Shown here one piece after another: positions 18,977 to 28,897 of a stretch of DNA of 52,398 nucleotides. The notes below the pieces were generated by a model, which made no database searches, was not told the DNA's origin, and saw only the letters and a list, made by a program, of their open reading frames with translations. The DNA is from an uncultured Clostridia bacterium (lineage in GTDB: Bacteria; Bacillota; Clostridia; TANB77; UBA1234): NCBI GenBank assembly GCA_947588905.1, contig CANQBB010000004.1, forward strand, positions 1-52,398. The letters run 5' to 3'. The stretch's first letter is position 1; the number at the start of each line of letters is the position of its first letter. The position numbers and the translations under genes were made by a program.

Positions 18977-19972
18977 ATGAAAATATTATTAACAGGAGGA
19001 GCTGGATATATTGGCTCTCATATCGCAGTTGAGTTATGCAATCAAGGCTATGAAGTAATTATTGGAGATAATTTTTCAAACAGCAAGCCAGAAGTTTTAA
19101 ATAAGATAAATACTATTGTTGGTAAAGAAATAGAATTTCATGAAATAGATTTTACAAATAAAGAAGCTACATTTGAATTGTTTGAAAAATCAAATATTGA
19201 TGCTGTAATTCATTTGGCAGGTTTGAAAGCTGTTGGAGAATCTTGTATTATGCCAATAGAATATTATAGAAACAATATTGTTTCTACTTTAAATATTGCA
19301 GAAGCAATGAAAAAATATGATGTTAGAAATTTAGTTTTTAGTTCATCTGCAACAGTATATGGTGTTCCAAAAGAATTACCATTAAAAGAGGGTATGCCAA
19401 CTTCTTGCACGAATCCATATGGGTGGACAAAACTTATGAATGAACAAATTTTAACTGATATATCTAAAGCAAATCCATCGTTTTCAGTAGTGCTCCTAAG
19501 ATATTTTAATCCTATTGGAGCACATGAAAGTGGCTTGATTGGCGAAGATCCAAATGGAATACCAAATAATCTTATGCCATATATAACTCGAGTAGCAAAA
19601 GGAGTTTTACCTGAATTAAATATATTTGGTAACGATTATCCAACAAAGGATGGAACTGGAGTTAGAGACTATATTCATGTTGTGGATTTAGCAAAAGGAC
19701 ATGTAGATGCAATAAAATTTGTTGAAACACATGCCGGAATTGAAATTTTTAATTTAGGAACAGGAGTAGGATATTCGGTTTTAGATATTGTTAAAACATT
19801 TAGCAAAGTAAATAATATAGAGATTCCTTATCAAATTGTTGGAAGAAGAGATGGAGATGTTGCAGAATGCTATGCTGATCCAAGTAAAGCCAAGGAAGAA
19901 CTTGGATGGATAGCAACTAAAAGCTTAGAAGATATGTGCAGAGATTCATGGAATTTTGCTAAAAATAATTAG
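18977..19972 (+). CDS. galE: UDP-glucose 4-epimerase
   Basis: TGGAGYIGSH, HLAGLKAVGES, FSSSATVYG, YGWTK, LRYFNPIGAH, DGTGVRDYIHV. Confidence 0.97.
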   Translation: MKILLTGGAGYIGSHIAVELCNQGYEVIIGDNFSNSKPEVLNKINTIVGKEIEFHEIDFTNKEATFELFEKSNIDAVIHLAGLKAVGESCIMPIEYYRNNIVSTLNIAEAMKKYDVRNLVFSSSATVYGVPKELPLKEGMPTSCTNPYGWTKLMNEQILTDISKANPSFSVVLLRYFNPIGAHESGLIGEDPNGIPNNLMPYITRVAKGVLPELNIFGNDYPTKDGTGVRDYIHVVDLAKGHVDAIKFVETHAGIEIFNLGTGVGYSVLDIVKTFSKVNNIEIPYQIVGRRDGDVAECYADPSKAKEELGWIATKSLEDMCRDSWNFAKNN

Positions 19973-20092
19973 TTTTTAACATATAGTTAAAATTATACAA
20001 TTAAACGAAAATTTACATGCAGAATAGTTGTAAATTTTCGTTTTTCAATATATAATTAGGTAAAAGTATATTTAGGAAAGAATAGGTAAAAT

Positions 20093-21517
20093 ATGGTTAA
20101 AATACTAAAAGAAAGTTATATATATAAATTATGCATAATAATTAAAAACTGGTTTAATAAAGTTTTTAATAAAAGTTTTTTTGTGCAAACATTTTTAACA
20201 GATAAATATAAAAGTGAAAATATTGAATCTTCATTGATAGTTAGATTTTTAGAATTGCTTTTAAAGTGGATTAGAGTAATAGCTAAGAAACTTAAATTTG
20301 ATAAAATTTTTGAAAACAGTATATTTGCAAAACCACTAATTTGGGTAACTATTACTATTGCGTTAGCCCCAGTAATACCAACTATGATGGTATTAGTAAT
20401 GGCACTAGCATCTATGCTTTCATTACTTTTAATGGCAAGTATCACACCAGAATTTGAGTTTAAACATTATAAAATAAATACATGGATTTTTGCATTTGCA
20501 ATAGTTATTGGAATATCTGCTTTAATATCAATATCTATGGCAGAAAGTATAAAAATAGCTATGCTTATGATTAGTTTTGTATTATTTTATTTTGTAATAA
20601 TAAATACTATAACGACTAAAAAACAACTAAAAAGAATACTTTATGTATTGATTACAGTGGCTACTTTAACAGCAATATATGGCCTTTATCAATATATGTT
20701 TGGCGATGTATATTCACAAGCTTGGCTTGATGGAGAAATGTTTGAAGATATCAGAATGAGAGTATATTCAACACTTGAAAATCCAAATGTATATGGCGAA
20801 TATTTACTTTTAATTGTTCCTCTTACTGCAGCTTTGTTTTGGACAGAAAAAGGATGGAAAAAGAAATTATATTTATTGGTATGCTTAGGAATTTCTGGAG
20901 TAGCCTTAATATTAACATTTTCTAGAGGTTGTTGGCTTGGAATACTTTTTGCAATATTTATTTTAGCTGTAATGATAGATAGAAGATTTATAATACTTGG
21001 AATAATAGCTTTAATTAGTCTTCCATTTATTTTACCAGAAACTATTATAAATAGATTTATGAGTATTGGTAATATGGAAGATTCATCAACATCTTATAGA
21101 GTATTTATTTGGATGGGAACTCTTGCAATGCTTAAAGATTATTGGCTTTCAGGAGTTGGAATGGGAATAACGAGTTTTAATACAATATATCCATTATATT
21201 CTTATCATAATGTATCAGCGCCTCATTCACACAATTTATACTTGCAAGTTATTGTTGAATATGGATTTGTTGGATTTTTAACAATGGTAGGAGTAATGTA
21301 CAATTATTTTAAAGAAGTAATAATTAGTATGAAGAAAAAGAAAAATATTGTCTTGGCTGGTTTGATGTCAGGTATGTTAGGATTTTTACTTCAAAGCATG
21401 ACAGACCATACATGGTACAATTATAGAGTTTTTCTAATGTTTTGGATAATTATAGGTATTTCGATTACCGCATCTAAAATAAATTTAAGGGAGAAAGATA
21501 ATGATAAAAATAGTTAA
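20093..21517 (+). CDS. O-antigen ligase family (Wzy_C/WaaL-like) membrane protein
   Basis: Multiple TMs; RVYSTLENPN, LTFSRGCW, R..IW, G.GMG, HSHNLYLQV..EYG. Confidence 0.9.
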   Translation: MVKILKESYIYKLCIIIKNWFNKVFNKSFFVQTFLTDKYKSENIESSLIVRFLELLLKWIRVIAKKLKFDKIFENSIFAKPLIWVTITIALAPVIPTMMVLVMALASMLSLLLMASITPEFEFKHYKINTWIFAFAIVIGISALISISMAESIKIAMLMISFVLFYFVIINTITTKKQLKRILYVLITVATLTAIYGLYQYMFGDVYSQAWLDGEMFEDIRMRVYSTLENPNVYGEYLLLIVPLTAALFWTEKGWKKKLYLLVCLGISGVALILTFSRGCWLGILFAIFILAVMIDRRFIILGIIALISLPFILPETIINRFMSIGNMEDSSTSYRVFIWMGTLAMLKDYWLSGVGMGITSFNTIYPLYSYHNVSAPHSHNLYLQVIVEYGFVGFLTMVGVMYNYFKEVIISMKKKKNIVLAGLMSGMLGFLLQSMTDHTWYNYRVFLMFWIIIGISITASKINLREKDNDKNS

Positions 21518-23090
21518 TGTTATTAGTGATACAAATATTGGTGGAGCTGGTAAATGCTTAATCAATTTTTGTAAAAATTTTGATAAAACAAAATTTGAAA
21601 TCGCTATTATATTACCAAAAGAAAGTAAGCTTATTAAAGAGCTTGCAAATACTGGTGTTAAAATAATAGAGATAGATGGATTGAAAGATAAATCTTGGGA
21701 TTTTAAATCGCTATTCAAACTTATTAAAATATTAAGAGAAGAATCACCAGATATAGTTCATACACATTCATCTGTGACTGCAAGAATTGCTGCGAAGTTT
21801 GTTAAAGATTGTAAAATTGTTTTTACAAGACATAGTGTTTTTCCTGTCAGCAATTTCTCAAAAAGCATGTTAGGCAAAGCTATTAGTAAGTTTATAAATG
21901 AATTTTTCTCAGACAGAATTATAGCCGTTGCTGATGCTGCTAAAGAGAATTTGACAGACACTGGAGTTGCACCTGAAAAAATAGATGTAATTTTAAATGG
22001 AGTAGATAAAGTAGAAGAAACTACGGCTGAACAAAAACAAAAGCTTAGAAAGAAATTAGGAATAAAAGATGATGAGCATGTTATAGGAATACTTGCAAGA
22101 TTAGAAAAAGTTAAAGGACATGAGTTTTTTATTGATGCAGCAAAGTTAATTATAAATGAAAAGAAAATTAAAGCTAAATTTTTAATATTAGGTACTGGTT
22201 TAGAAGAAGAAAACTTAAAGAAAAAAGTTAAAGAACTTGGACTTGAAAAGAATATTATATTTACAGGATTTATAGAAAACGTAAAAGATTATTTGAATAT
22301 ATTTGATGTTCAAGTAAATTGTTCTTATGGAACAGAAGCAACTAGTCTTGCATTGCTTGAAGGTATGAGTTTAGGCATACCTGCAGTTGTTACTGACTAT
22401 GGTGGAAATAGTGGAGTAATTAAAAATGGAGAAAACGGATATTTAGTGCCAATAAAATCTTCTCGAGATACTGCAGATGCAATAGTTAGGATACTAACTA
22501 ATAATGATCTTAGAGAATATATGCACAGAAGAAGCAAAGAAATTTATGAAGAAAAATTTACAGTTGAAACTTATACAAAAAATATTGAAAGGATTTATGA
22601 AGAAATGGAAGAAGAACCAAGAATTAAAAGGATTAACATTTTAGATGTAATAATTATTTTGATTGTTCTAATAGCATGCATATTTGGTTATATGTATGTT
22701 AGCAAATCACAAAATATAATTACACCTGTTAATACTACAAAAGTAATATACCAAGTTAGAACGAATGAAACGTTACCAAAAACTTTTGACATGATTGAAG
22801 AAGGTACAAATATTTATGATAGCTTGAAAAATTCTTGCATTGGAAAAGTTATTAAAAAAGAAGCTGTACCATCAGAAAGATTTGCATATGATTTAAAAAC
22901 TGGTAAATATATAAAAACAGATTTACCTATGGAAGAAACATTAGATATGATATTGACTATAGAAGTTGATGCGGTTGTGACAGACCAAAATATTTCAGTT
23001 GGAGATTATATAATTAAAGTTGGTCAAGAAGCATATGTAAAAGGAAAAGGATATGCAGGTGTTGGATATATTGTTACGATTGAAAGATAA
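21501..23090 (+). CDS. GT4 glycosyltransferase fused to C-terminal TM plus DUF4330-like domain
   Basis: GGAG N-terminal motif, HTHS, ARLEKVKGH, LLEGMSLGIPAV; C-terminal INILDVIIILIVL..IKVG resembles next gene. Confidence 0.85.
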   Translation: MIKIVNVISDTNIGGAGKCLINFCKNFDKTKFEIAIILPKESKLIKELANTGVKIIEIDGLKDKSWDFKSLFKLIKILREESPDIVHTHSSVTARIAAKFVKDCKIVFTRHSVFPVSNFSKSMLGKAISKFINEFFSDRIIAVADAAKENLTDTGVAPEKIDVILNGVDKVEETTAEQKQKLRKKLGIKDDEHVIGILARLEKVKGHEFFIDAAKLIINEKKIKAKFLILGTGLEEENLKKKVKELGLEKNIIFTGFIENVKDYLNIFDVQVNCSYGTEATSLALLEGMSLGIPAVVTDYGGNSGVIKNGENGYLVPIKSSRDTADAIVRILTNNDLREYMHRRSKEIYEEKFTVETYTKNIERIYEEMEEEPRIKRINILDVIIILIVLIACIFGYMYVSKSQNIITPVNTTKVIYQVRTNETLPKTFDMIEEGTNIYDSLKNSCIGKVIKKEAVPSERFAYDLKTGKYIKTDLPMEETLDMILTIEVDAVVTDQNISVGDYIIKVGQEAYVKGKGYAGVGYIVTIER

Positions 23091-23213
23091 GGAATGTAGA
23101 AGAATAATTAGGCAATTTTGTATAACTTCTCATTGCATAATTATATAAATTTGATTTCTAAAATTGCCTTAATTTTTCTAACCTAGCTTTGTTTTTTAGG
23201 AAGGAATGATAAA

Positions 23214-23708
23214 ATGATAAAAGATGGAAAATTATTTGGAAAAATCAATTTGTTTGATTTCGGAATTATACTTTTAATAATTGCTCTTGTAATAGTTGGT
23301 GCTTTAAAATTTAAAACTTTAGATGAAACAGTAGATGCATCAACACCAGGGAAAATAAAATATACAGTTGAGATAAACGGTGTTAGAGATTATACTTGGC
23401 ATGCATATGTTTCGGGAGATGCTGTTTATGATAGTTCTACAAATGTATATATTGGAAATATAGTAAATGTTGATGCTACATCATCAAAAGCATTTTCTTC
23501 TTTAGAAGATGGAAAAACAAAAGAATTAGAAAATCCATATAGATATGATGTTGTATTAACTATAGAAACACCTGGAACTGTAACTGATTCAGGATATTAT
23601 GCTAATAAAAGTATAGAATTAAAAGTTGGAAGTGAAAAGAATATTGAAACTCGCTATGTTAAAAATTTAGGAAAAATAGGAAGTATAGAGTATAGTGAAG
23701 GAGCGTAG
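23214..23708 (+). CDS. DUF4330-like membrane-anchored protein
   Basis: KDGKLFGKINLFD followed by TM helix; ELKVGS near C-terminus. Confidence 0.75.
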   Translation: MIKDGKLFGKINLFDFGIILLIIALVIVGALKFKTLDETVDASTPGKIKYTVEINGVRDYTWHAYVSGDAVYDSSTNVYIGNIVNVDATSSKAFSSLEDGKTKELENPYRYDVVLTIETPGTVTDSGYYANKSIELKVGSEKNIETRYVKNLGKIGSIEYSEGA

Positions 23709-23710
23709 TG

Positions 23711-24818
23711 ATGAATATACTTTTAGTCACAATGGAAATGCAGGTTGGTCGGTGCAGAAACACATATATTTGAATTAGCTAAAGGATTACATTCAAAGGG
23801 AAATAATGTTATTGTAATGTCTGCTGGAGGCAAATATGCAGAGGCTTTAGAAGAATGTGGAATTAAGCATATCTATGCACCTTTGAAAAATAAAAGACCA
23901 CAAAACTTATTTAAATCATATAAAGCTATAAAGAAAATAATTAAAGATGAAAAAATAAATATTGTCCATGCCCATGCAAGGATACCTGCTTTTATTGCGT
24001 CAAAAGTATGTAAGAAGATGAACATACCACTAGTTACAACGGTGCATGGTATATACAAAGTTACACCTCTTTTGAAATTATTAACTAATTGGGGTGAAAA
24101 AACTTTAGCGGTTAGTGAAGACATAAAAAAGCAAGTAATGGATGTGTATAAAATACGTGAAGAAGACATACAAGTTACTGTAAATGGCATCAATACTGAA
24201 GTTTTTCATAATGGCAATAATGAACAAATAAGAAAAGAATTTAATCTAAGTAAAGAAAAATTTACTATAATTCATGTTAGTAGATTGGATAACATGTCTT
24301 CAAATGTAGCAAAAATGTTAATAGAAAGTTCAAAAGAATTAAATGAAAAAATTAAAGATGGAGTACAAATAATTATTGTTGGTTCAGGAGAAAAAGAAGA
24401 AGAACTTAAGTTATTGGCTAAAAGTTATGATAATGTTATAATGACAGGAATTAGAACTGACGTATCGGAACTTTTAAAGGAAAGTGATTTGTTTGTGGGT
24501 GTCAGTAGAGCTGCTTTAGAGGCAATGTCAACTGAATTACCTGTAATATTGGCTGGGAATAAAGACTATGGACAGGGGCACATAGGAATATTTGATGAAA
24601 CTAAAACAGATATTGCAATTAACACAAATTTCTGCTGTAGAGAATGCAGTGATGTTAACAAAGAACAACTAACTAAAGATATAATAAAAGTTTATAATAT
24701 GTCTAAAGAAGATAAAGAAGAGCTTGGTAGATATGGCAGAAAAATAGTGGTAGAAAACTATTCAATAGAAAAAATGGTAAATGATGCAGAGAAAATGTAT
24801 GAGGAGGTGACTAAATAA
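23711..24818 (+). CDS. GT4 glycosyltransferase, requires +1 frameshift at CGG (23750)
   Basis: ATG 23711 gives MNILLVTMEMQVG, then C-GGT-GCA-GAA continues GAETHIFEL in the +1 frame, restoring the GGAE motif; HAHARIP, SRLD, ALEAMS motifs. Confidence 0.85.
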
Positions 24819-25183
24819 TGGAGATTCTATGGAAGGACAGAAAAAGAACTTTATTCGGATTACCATTATCATTCACAAAATATGTTTTAACAGAAGAAAA
24901 ACTATTGATTACAACAGGAGCTTTAAGCACAAAAGAAGAAGAAATAAGATTATATAGAATATTAGATTTTACAATTCATAAATCACTCTTTAATAGATTA
25001 TTTAATGTTGGTACTATAGAAATTCATACAGCTGATAGATCAACTCCTGTATATACACTTGTTGGTGTAAAAAATCCTAATGTAGTAAAAGATATGATGT
25101 CTGAAAAAGTAGAAGAAGAGAGAAGAAAGAAAAATGTTACAACAAGAGAATTCTTTAGTGATGACCCAGATAGAGCAATATAA
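24818..25183 (+). CDS. Bacterial PH-domain (bPH_2) protein
   Basis: LWKDRKR..TKYVLT..EEEIRLYRILD..RLFNVGTI. Confidence 0.8.
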   Translation: MEILWKDRKRTLFGLPLSFTKYVLTEEKLLITTGALSTKEEEIRLYRILDFTIHKSLFNRLFNVGTIEIHTADRSTPVYTLVGVKNPNVVKDMMSEKVEEERRKKNVTTREFFSDDPDRAI

Positions 25184-25200
25184 ATTTAATATGAATAATA

Positions 25201-25229
25201 TTGACTTTATGCGAAAAACTTTGTATAAT
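25201..25229 (+). promoter_or_regulatory. Sigma-A promoter
   Basis: TTGACT-17bp-TATAAT. Confidence 0.7.
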
Positions 25230-25312
25230 GCCGGTATAATATAATCGTGAGAAGAGGTGAAGTTATTACTTGAAACTCTAATTAAAAACCGAAACTTGAA
25301 AGGGGTTTTTGT

Positions 25313-26233
25313 ATGAAGTTATCAGAAAAGTTATACGGAGAAGAACTTAGTCGGAAAGATGAATCAGTTTCAGAAGGCAATGTAACAAAGATTTCTAAAA
25401 TAAAGAATTTTTTAAAGAACTCTTTTAAAAGAAAAAAGAAATTTGTTATTGATACTTCGATAGCTTCAGAAGAACAGGTTTGGAGAAATCTAATTAAAGA
25501 AGCTAACGAAAATGATACACAAATAATTTTAACAAGTTTAACGATTAGAGAGTTACATGCTTTGCAAAGGTATAATGATGCTGATGGGCAGGGAGCAAGG
25601 CATTTGCTTACAGCAGCTGCTGAAGATGACAAGACATTTTTAACGGTAAAAATTGATGAAAGCTTGCCTGTTCCAGATGATTGTCTTATAAAATATTGTT
25701 TAGAAAATAAGAAAAAAGTTATACTTGTAACTGCAGACAAAGAAATGACGTTACTAGTTAGAGGAGAAGTAGAAACAAGATATATTTCTCATCAAGTTAA
25801 GAAAAAGCAGAATTCAGAAAAGCAAAAACAGGGAAAACATATAAACAATGATATTAAAATCCCGAAAGAATTTAATCCGGTTTTAAAAAAATCGGAAGCA
25901 CCGGTAGCATATGTAGATGGAAAAATGTTTATAAAGTATCCATCAGATGCAAATTCACTTTTAAAGCTTATTTCAAGCAAGACAGAACTTTTGATAATGG
26001 GACCACAAGAGATTGAAGTGCATGTAGAGGACAATATTTATATGGCGTTTTTCCAAGAAGGCATGATAGTGTTTAAACATTACAGGATTATTTCTTGTGC
26101 AAAGGAAAATAATGCAATCTTGGTATCTAGCCAAGAAATATCTCCTGGAAATATAAGGAAAATTATGAACAGCAACTATAGAGGATTTCTAAAAGTTTTT
26201 TTGATGAAATATGATAATTTACCTGTGACTTAG
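25313..26233 (+). CDS. PIN-domain-containing protein
   Basis: FVIDTS, TIRELH, AR, PDDCLI, ILVTADKEM acidic PIN motifs; contains in-frame CGG at codon 14. Confidence 0.75.
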   Translation: MKLSEKLYGEELSRKDESVSEGNVTKISKIKNFLKNSFKRKKKFVIDTSIASEEQVWRNLIKEANENDTQIILTSLTIRELHALQRYNDADGQGARHLLTAAAEDDKTFLTVKIDESLPVPDDCLIKYCLENKKKVILVTADKEMTLLVRGEVETRYISHQVKKKQNSEKQKQGKHINNDIKIPKEFNPVLKKSEAPVAYVDGKMFIKYPSDANSLLKLISSKTELLIMGPQEIEVHVEDNIYMAFFQEGMIVFKHYRIISCAKENNAILVSSQEISPGNIRKIMNSNYRGFLKVFLMKYDNLPVT

Positions 26234-26240
26234 TTGTATA

Positions 26241-26273
26241 AAAAAGTCTACCTATTTTGTGGGTAGACTTTTT
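26241..26273 (+). terminator. Rho-independent terminator
   Basis: AAAAAGTCTACCTA..TGGGTAGACTTTTT. Confidence 0.8.
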
Positions 26274-26293
26274 GTACTTTTTGCCAAAAACTG

Positions 26294-26322
26294 TTGACAA
26301 GAGAGCAAATACATGGTAAAAT
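26294..26322 (+). promoter_or_regulatory. Sigma-A promoter (extended -10) for rpmG-secE-nusG
   Basis: TTGACA-17bp-TAAAAT with TGn extension. Confidence 0.75.
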
Positions 26323-26395
26323 TAGCTAGCGAACCGCAAATAGAGGTTCTTTTTTTAAGGATAAAGAACTATGATTACCTACGGAGGTGTATAAA

Positions 26396-26545
26396 ATGAG
26401 AGATAAGATTACATTAGCATGTACAGAATGCAAACAAAGAAATTATGATACAAAGAAAAACAAAAAGAATGACCCTGATAGAATTGAAATGTCAAAGTAT
26501 TGTAGATTCTGCAAAAAACATACATTACATAAAGAAACTAAATAA
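26396..26545 (+). CDS. rpmG: 50S ribosomal protein L33 (not in ORF track)
   Basis: Manual translation [49 protein letters not shown]; GGAGGTG RBS. Confidence 0.97.
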   Translation: MRDKITLACTECKQRNYDTKKNKKNDPDRIEMSKYCRFCKKHTLHKETK

Positions 26546-26571
26546 ATATATAGTAAAGGTGTGATTTTAAG

Positions 26572-26913
26572 ATGCAAGGAGACAAGAATGTTAATAAAAA
26601 GGGCTTCTTTAAGGGAATGATGTCAGAACTTAAAAAGGTTATTTGGCCTACAGGTAAGCAAACTGTAAAAAGCACATTTGTTACTATAACATTTGTTCTT
26701 TTAATTGCGGTAGTTCTTATAGTATTAAATTTAGCGTTTAATGCTCTAAATAATTGGTGGATTGGTTCATTGACACATCAAGACATAATAAACAATATAG
26801 TAACAACTTCTGGCGAAACAAGTGGAGAAGTTAATCAATTAAGCGGAGAAGTATCAGGAGATATTGCAATATCTGGTGAGACTATTTCTGGAGAAATACC
26901 TTCGGGAGAATAA
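26572..26913 (+). CDS. secE: Preprotein translocase SecE with SG[ED]-repeat C-terminal extension
   Basis: FFKGMMSELKKVIWPT plus TM helix; located between rpmG and nusG. Confidence 0.93.
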   Translation: MQGDKNVNKKGFFKGMMSELKKVIWPTGKQTVKSTFVTITFVLLIAVVLIVLNLAFNALNNWWIGSLTHQDIINNIVTTSGETSGEVNQLSGEVSGDIAISGETISGEIPSGE

Positions 26914-26937
26914 TTAAATAAAAAGGAGGAATAACCA

Positions 26938-27477
26938 TTGCCTCAAGATAATACAAATACCACAGATGTAGCTAAATGGTATGTTGTACACACATACTCT
27001 GGCTATGAAAATAAAGTAAAAGATACTTTAGAAAAAGCTGTTGATAATGGAGGAATGCAACATCTTGTACAAGAAGTTGTTGTTCCTATGGAAGAGCAAA
27101 TAGAGATAAAAGATGACAAGAAAAAAACAACACTAAAAAAAGTTTTTCCAGGATATGTACTAATAAAAATGATTCTTACAGAAGAATCATGGTATATTGT
27201 AAGAAATGTTAGAGGTGTTACAGGGTTTGTTGGTGCAGGTGGTAAGCCAGTACCACTTACTGACGAAGAAATTCGTAATATGGGATTTGAAAAAATGCCT
27301 GTTAATATTGATTATGAAGTTGGAGACACTGTAAAAATTGTTTCTGGTCCTCTAGAGAGCTTTATAGGTGTTGTTGAAGAAATCAATACAGAAAAAGAAA
27401 AAGTAAGAGTTTTAGTATCTATGTTTGGTAGAGAAACACCAGTAGAATTAGAGTTCTCACAAATACAAAAAATGTAA
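26938..27477 (+). CDS. nusG: Transcription termination/antitermination factor NusG
   Basis: WYVVHTYSGYENKVK, KVFPGYV, GVTGFVG, MFGRETPVELEF. Confidence 0.98.
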   Translation: MPQDNTNTTDVAKWYVVHTYSGYENKVKDTLEKAVDNGGMQHLVQEVVVPMEEQIEIKDDKKKTTLKKVFPGYVLIKMILTEESWYIVRNVRGVTGFVGAGGKPVPLTDEEIRNMGFEKMPVNIDYEVGDTVKIVSGPLESFIGVVEEINTEKEKVRVLVSMFGRETPVELEFSQIQKM

Positions 27478-27532
27478 TCAATTATATTATGCAATAGATT
27501 AAAGTTAATGGGATAAATAGGAGGTGGATAAA

Positions 27533-27961
27533 ATGGCAGAAAAGAAGGTTACTAACGTTATTAAATTGCAAATACCAGCTGGAAAAGCTACTCCAGCACC
27601 ACCAGTAGGACCAGCATTAGGTTCATCAGGTGTTAATATTATGCAATTTGTTAAAGAGTTCAACGATAGAACAGCTAATCAACCTGGTATGACAATTCCA
27701 GTAGTTATTACTGTATATCAAGACAAATCTTTCACATTCGTAACAAAAGTACCACCTGTTGCAGACTTATTGATGAAAGCTGCTAAAATTGAAAAAGGTT
27801 CAGCAAAACCTAATAGAGATAAAGTAGCAAAAATTGATATGGCAACAGTTGAAGAAATTGCAAAACAAAAAATGCAAGATCTTAATGCTGCAAGCTTAGA
27901 AGCAGCAATGAGCATGGTAAAAGGTACAGCTCGTTCAATGGGTATAGTTGTTAATGAATAA
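27533..27961 (+). CDS. rplK: 50S ribosomal protein L11
   Basis: [28 protein letters not shown]; RBS favours ATG 27533. Confidence 0.98.
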   Translation: MAEKKVTNVIKLQIPAGKATPAPPVGPALGSSGVNIMQFVKEFNDRTANQPGMTIPVVITVYQDKSFTFVTKVPPVADLLMKAAKIEKGSAKPNRDKVAKIDMATVEEIAKQKMQDLNAASLEAAMSMVKGTARSMGIVVNE

Positions 27962-27970
27962 TAAAAATTT

Positions 27971-28010
27971 TATGGGAGAAACTTTTAGTTTCGATATTAC
28001 CAAAGGAGGA
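27971..28010 (+). promoter_or_regulatory. Candidate L1-binding autoregulatory site upstream of rplA
   Basis: TGGGAG-hairpin(GAAAC/GTTTC)-TACCA overlapping the approach to the RBS, resembling the L1-binding kink motif. Confidence 0.45.
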
Positions 28011-28015
28011 AAAAA

Positions 28016-28699
28016 ATGAAAAGAGGAAAGAGATATCAAGAAAGCTTAAAGCTTATTGAAAAAGGTACATCTTATGAAGCTAAACAAGCATTTGAACTAA
28101 TTGAAAAAATGCCAAAAGCTAAATTCGATGAAACAGTTGAAGCACATTTTAAATTGGGTGTTGATTCAAAACATGCAGATCAACAAGTTAGAGGTGTTAT
28201 AGTATTACCTCATGGAACAGGTAAAACTCAAAGAGTTTTAGTATTTGCAAAAGGAGATAAAGCTAAAGAAGCTGAAGCTGCTGGAGCAGATTTCGTTGGA
28301 GCAGAAGAATTAGTTCCAAGAATCGAAAAAGAAAACTGGTTTGAATATGATGTAATCGTTGCAACACCAGATATGATGGGTATTATTGGTAGATTAGGTA
28401 AAGTTTTAGGACCTAAAGGTTTAATGCCTAACCCAAAATCTGGAACAGTTACAATGGATGTAGCTAAAGCAGTTTCAGAGATTAAATCAGGTAAAATTGA
28501 GTATAGATTAGATAAAAACAATATAATCCATTGCCCAATTGGAAAATTATCATTTGGAGCAGATAAATTAGACGACAATTATCAAGCATTATTAAATGCT
28601 ATAATTAAAGCTAAACCAGCTGCTGCTAAAGGACAATATATTAAAAGCATTTCAGTTTCTAGCACAATGAGCCCAAGTGTTTCAGTTAAAATAAATTAG
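28016..28699 (+). CDS. rplA: 50S ribosomal protein L1
   Basis: [36 protein letters not shown]. Confidence 0.98.
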   Translation: MKRGKRYQESLKLIEKGTSYEAKQAFELIEKMPKAKFDETVEAHFKLGVDSKHADQQVRGVIVLPHGTGKTQRVLVFAKGDKAKEAEAAGADFVGAEELVPRIEKENWFEYDVIVATPDMMGIIGRLGKVLGPKGLMPNPKSGTVTMDVAKAVSEIKSGKIEYRLDKNNIIHCPIGKLSFGADKLDDNYQALLNAIIKAKPAAAKGQYIKSISVSSTMSPSVSVKIN

Positions 28700-28704
28700 T
28701 TAAA

Positions 28705-28815
28705 TAACCTAAGACAGTAGGTCGCATTTATGCGTAAATTGTACCTACCGAGGTAAAATAAATGTTCGGTTTAAAACTTGACATGTTTACCTTGGTAGAT
28801 ATGTCAAGTTTTTGT
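28705..28815 (+). promoter_or_regulatory. L10 leader (ribosomal protein autoregulatory RNA)
   Basis: CCTAAGACAGTAGGT..TAAATT..ACCTACCGAGG core upstream of rplJ, followed by AAAACTTGACAT/ATGTCAAGTTTT terminator-like hairpin. Confidence 0.85.
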
Positions 28816-28897
28816 ATTAAAAAACTGTTTTATACGTGATTTTAATTCACGAATAATATAATCGGAGTACCGATAAAAAATTACAGGGAGGTGTATT

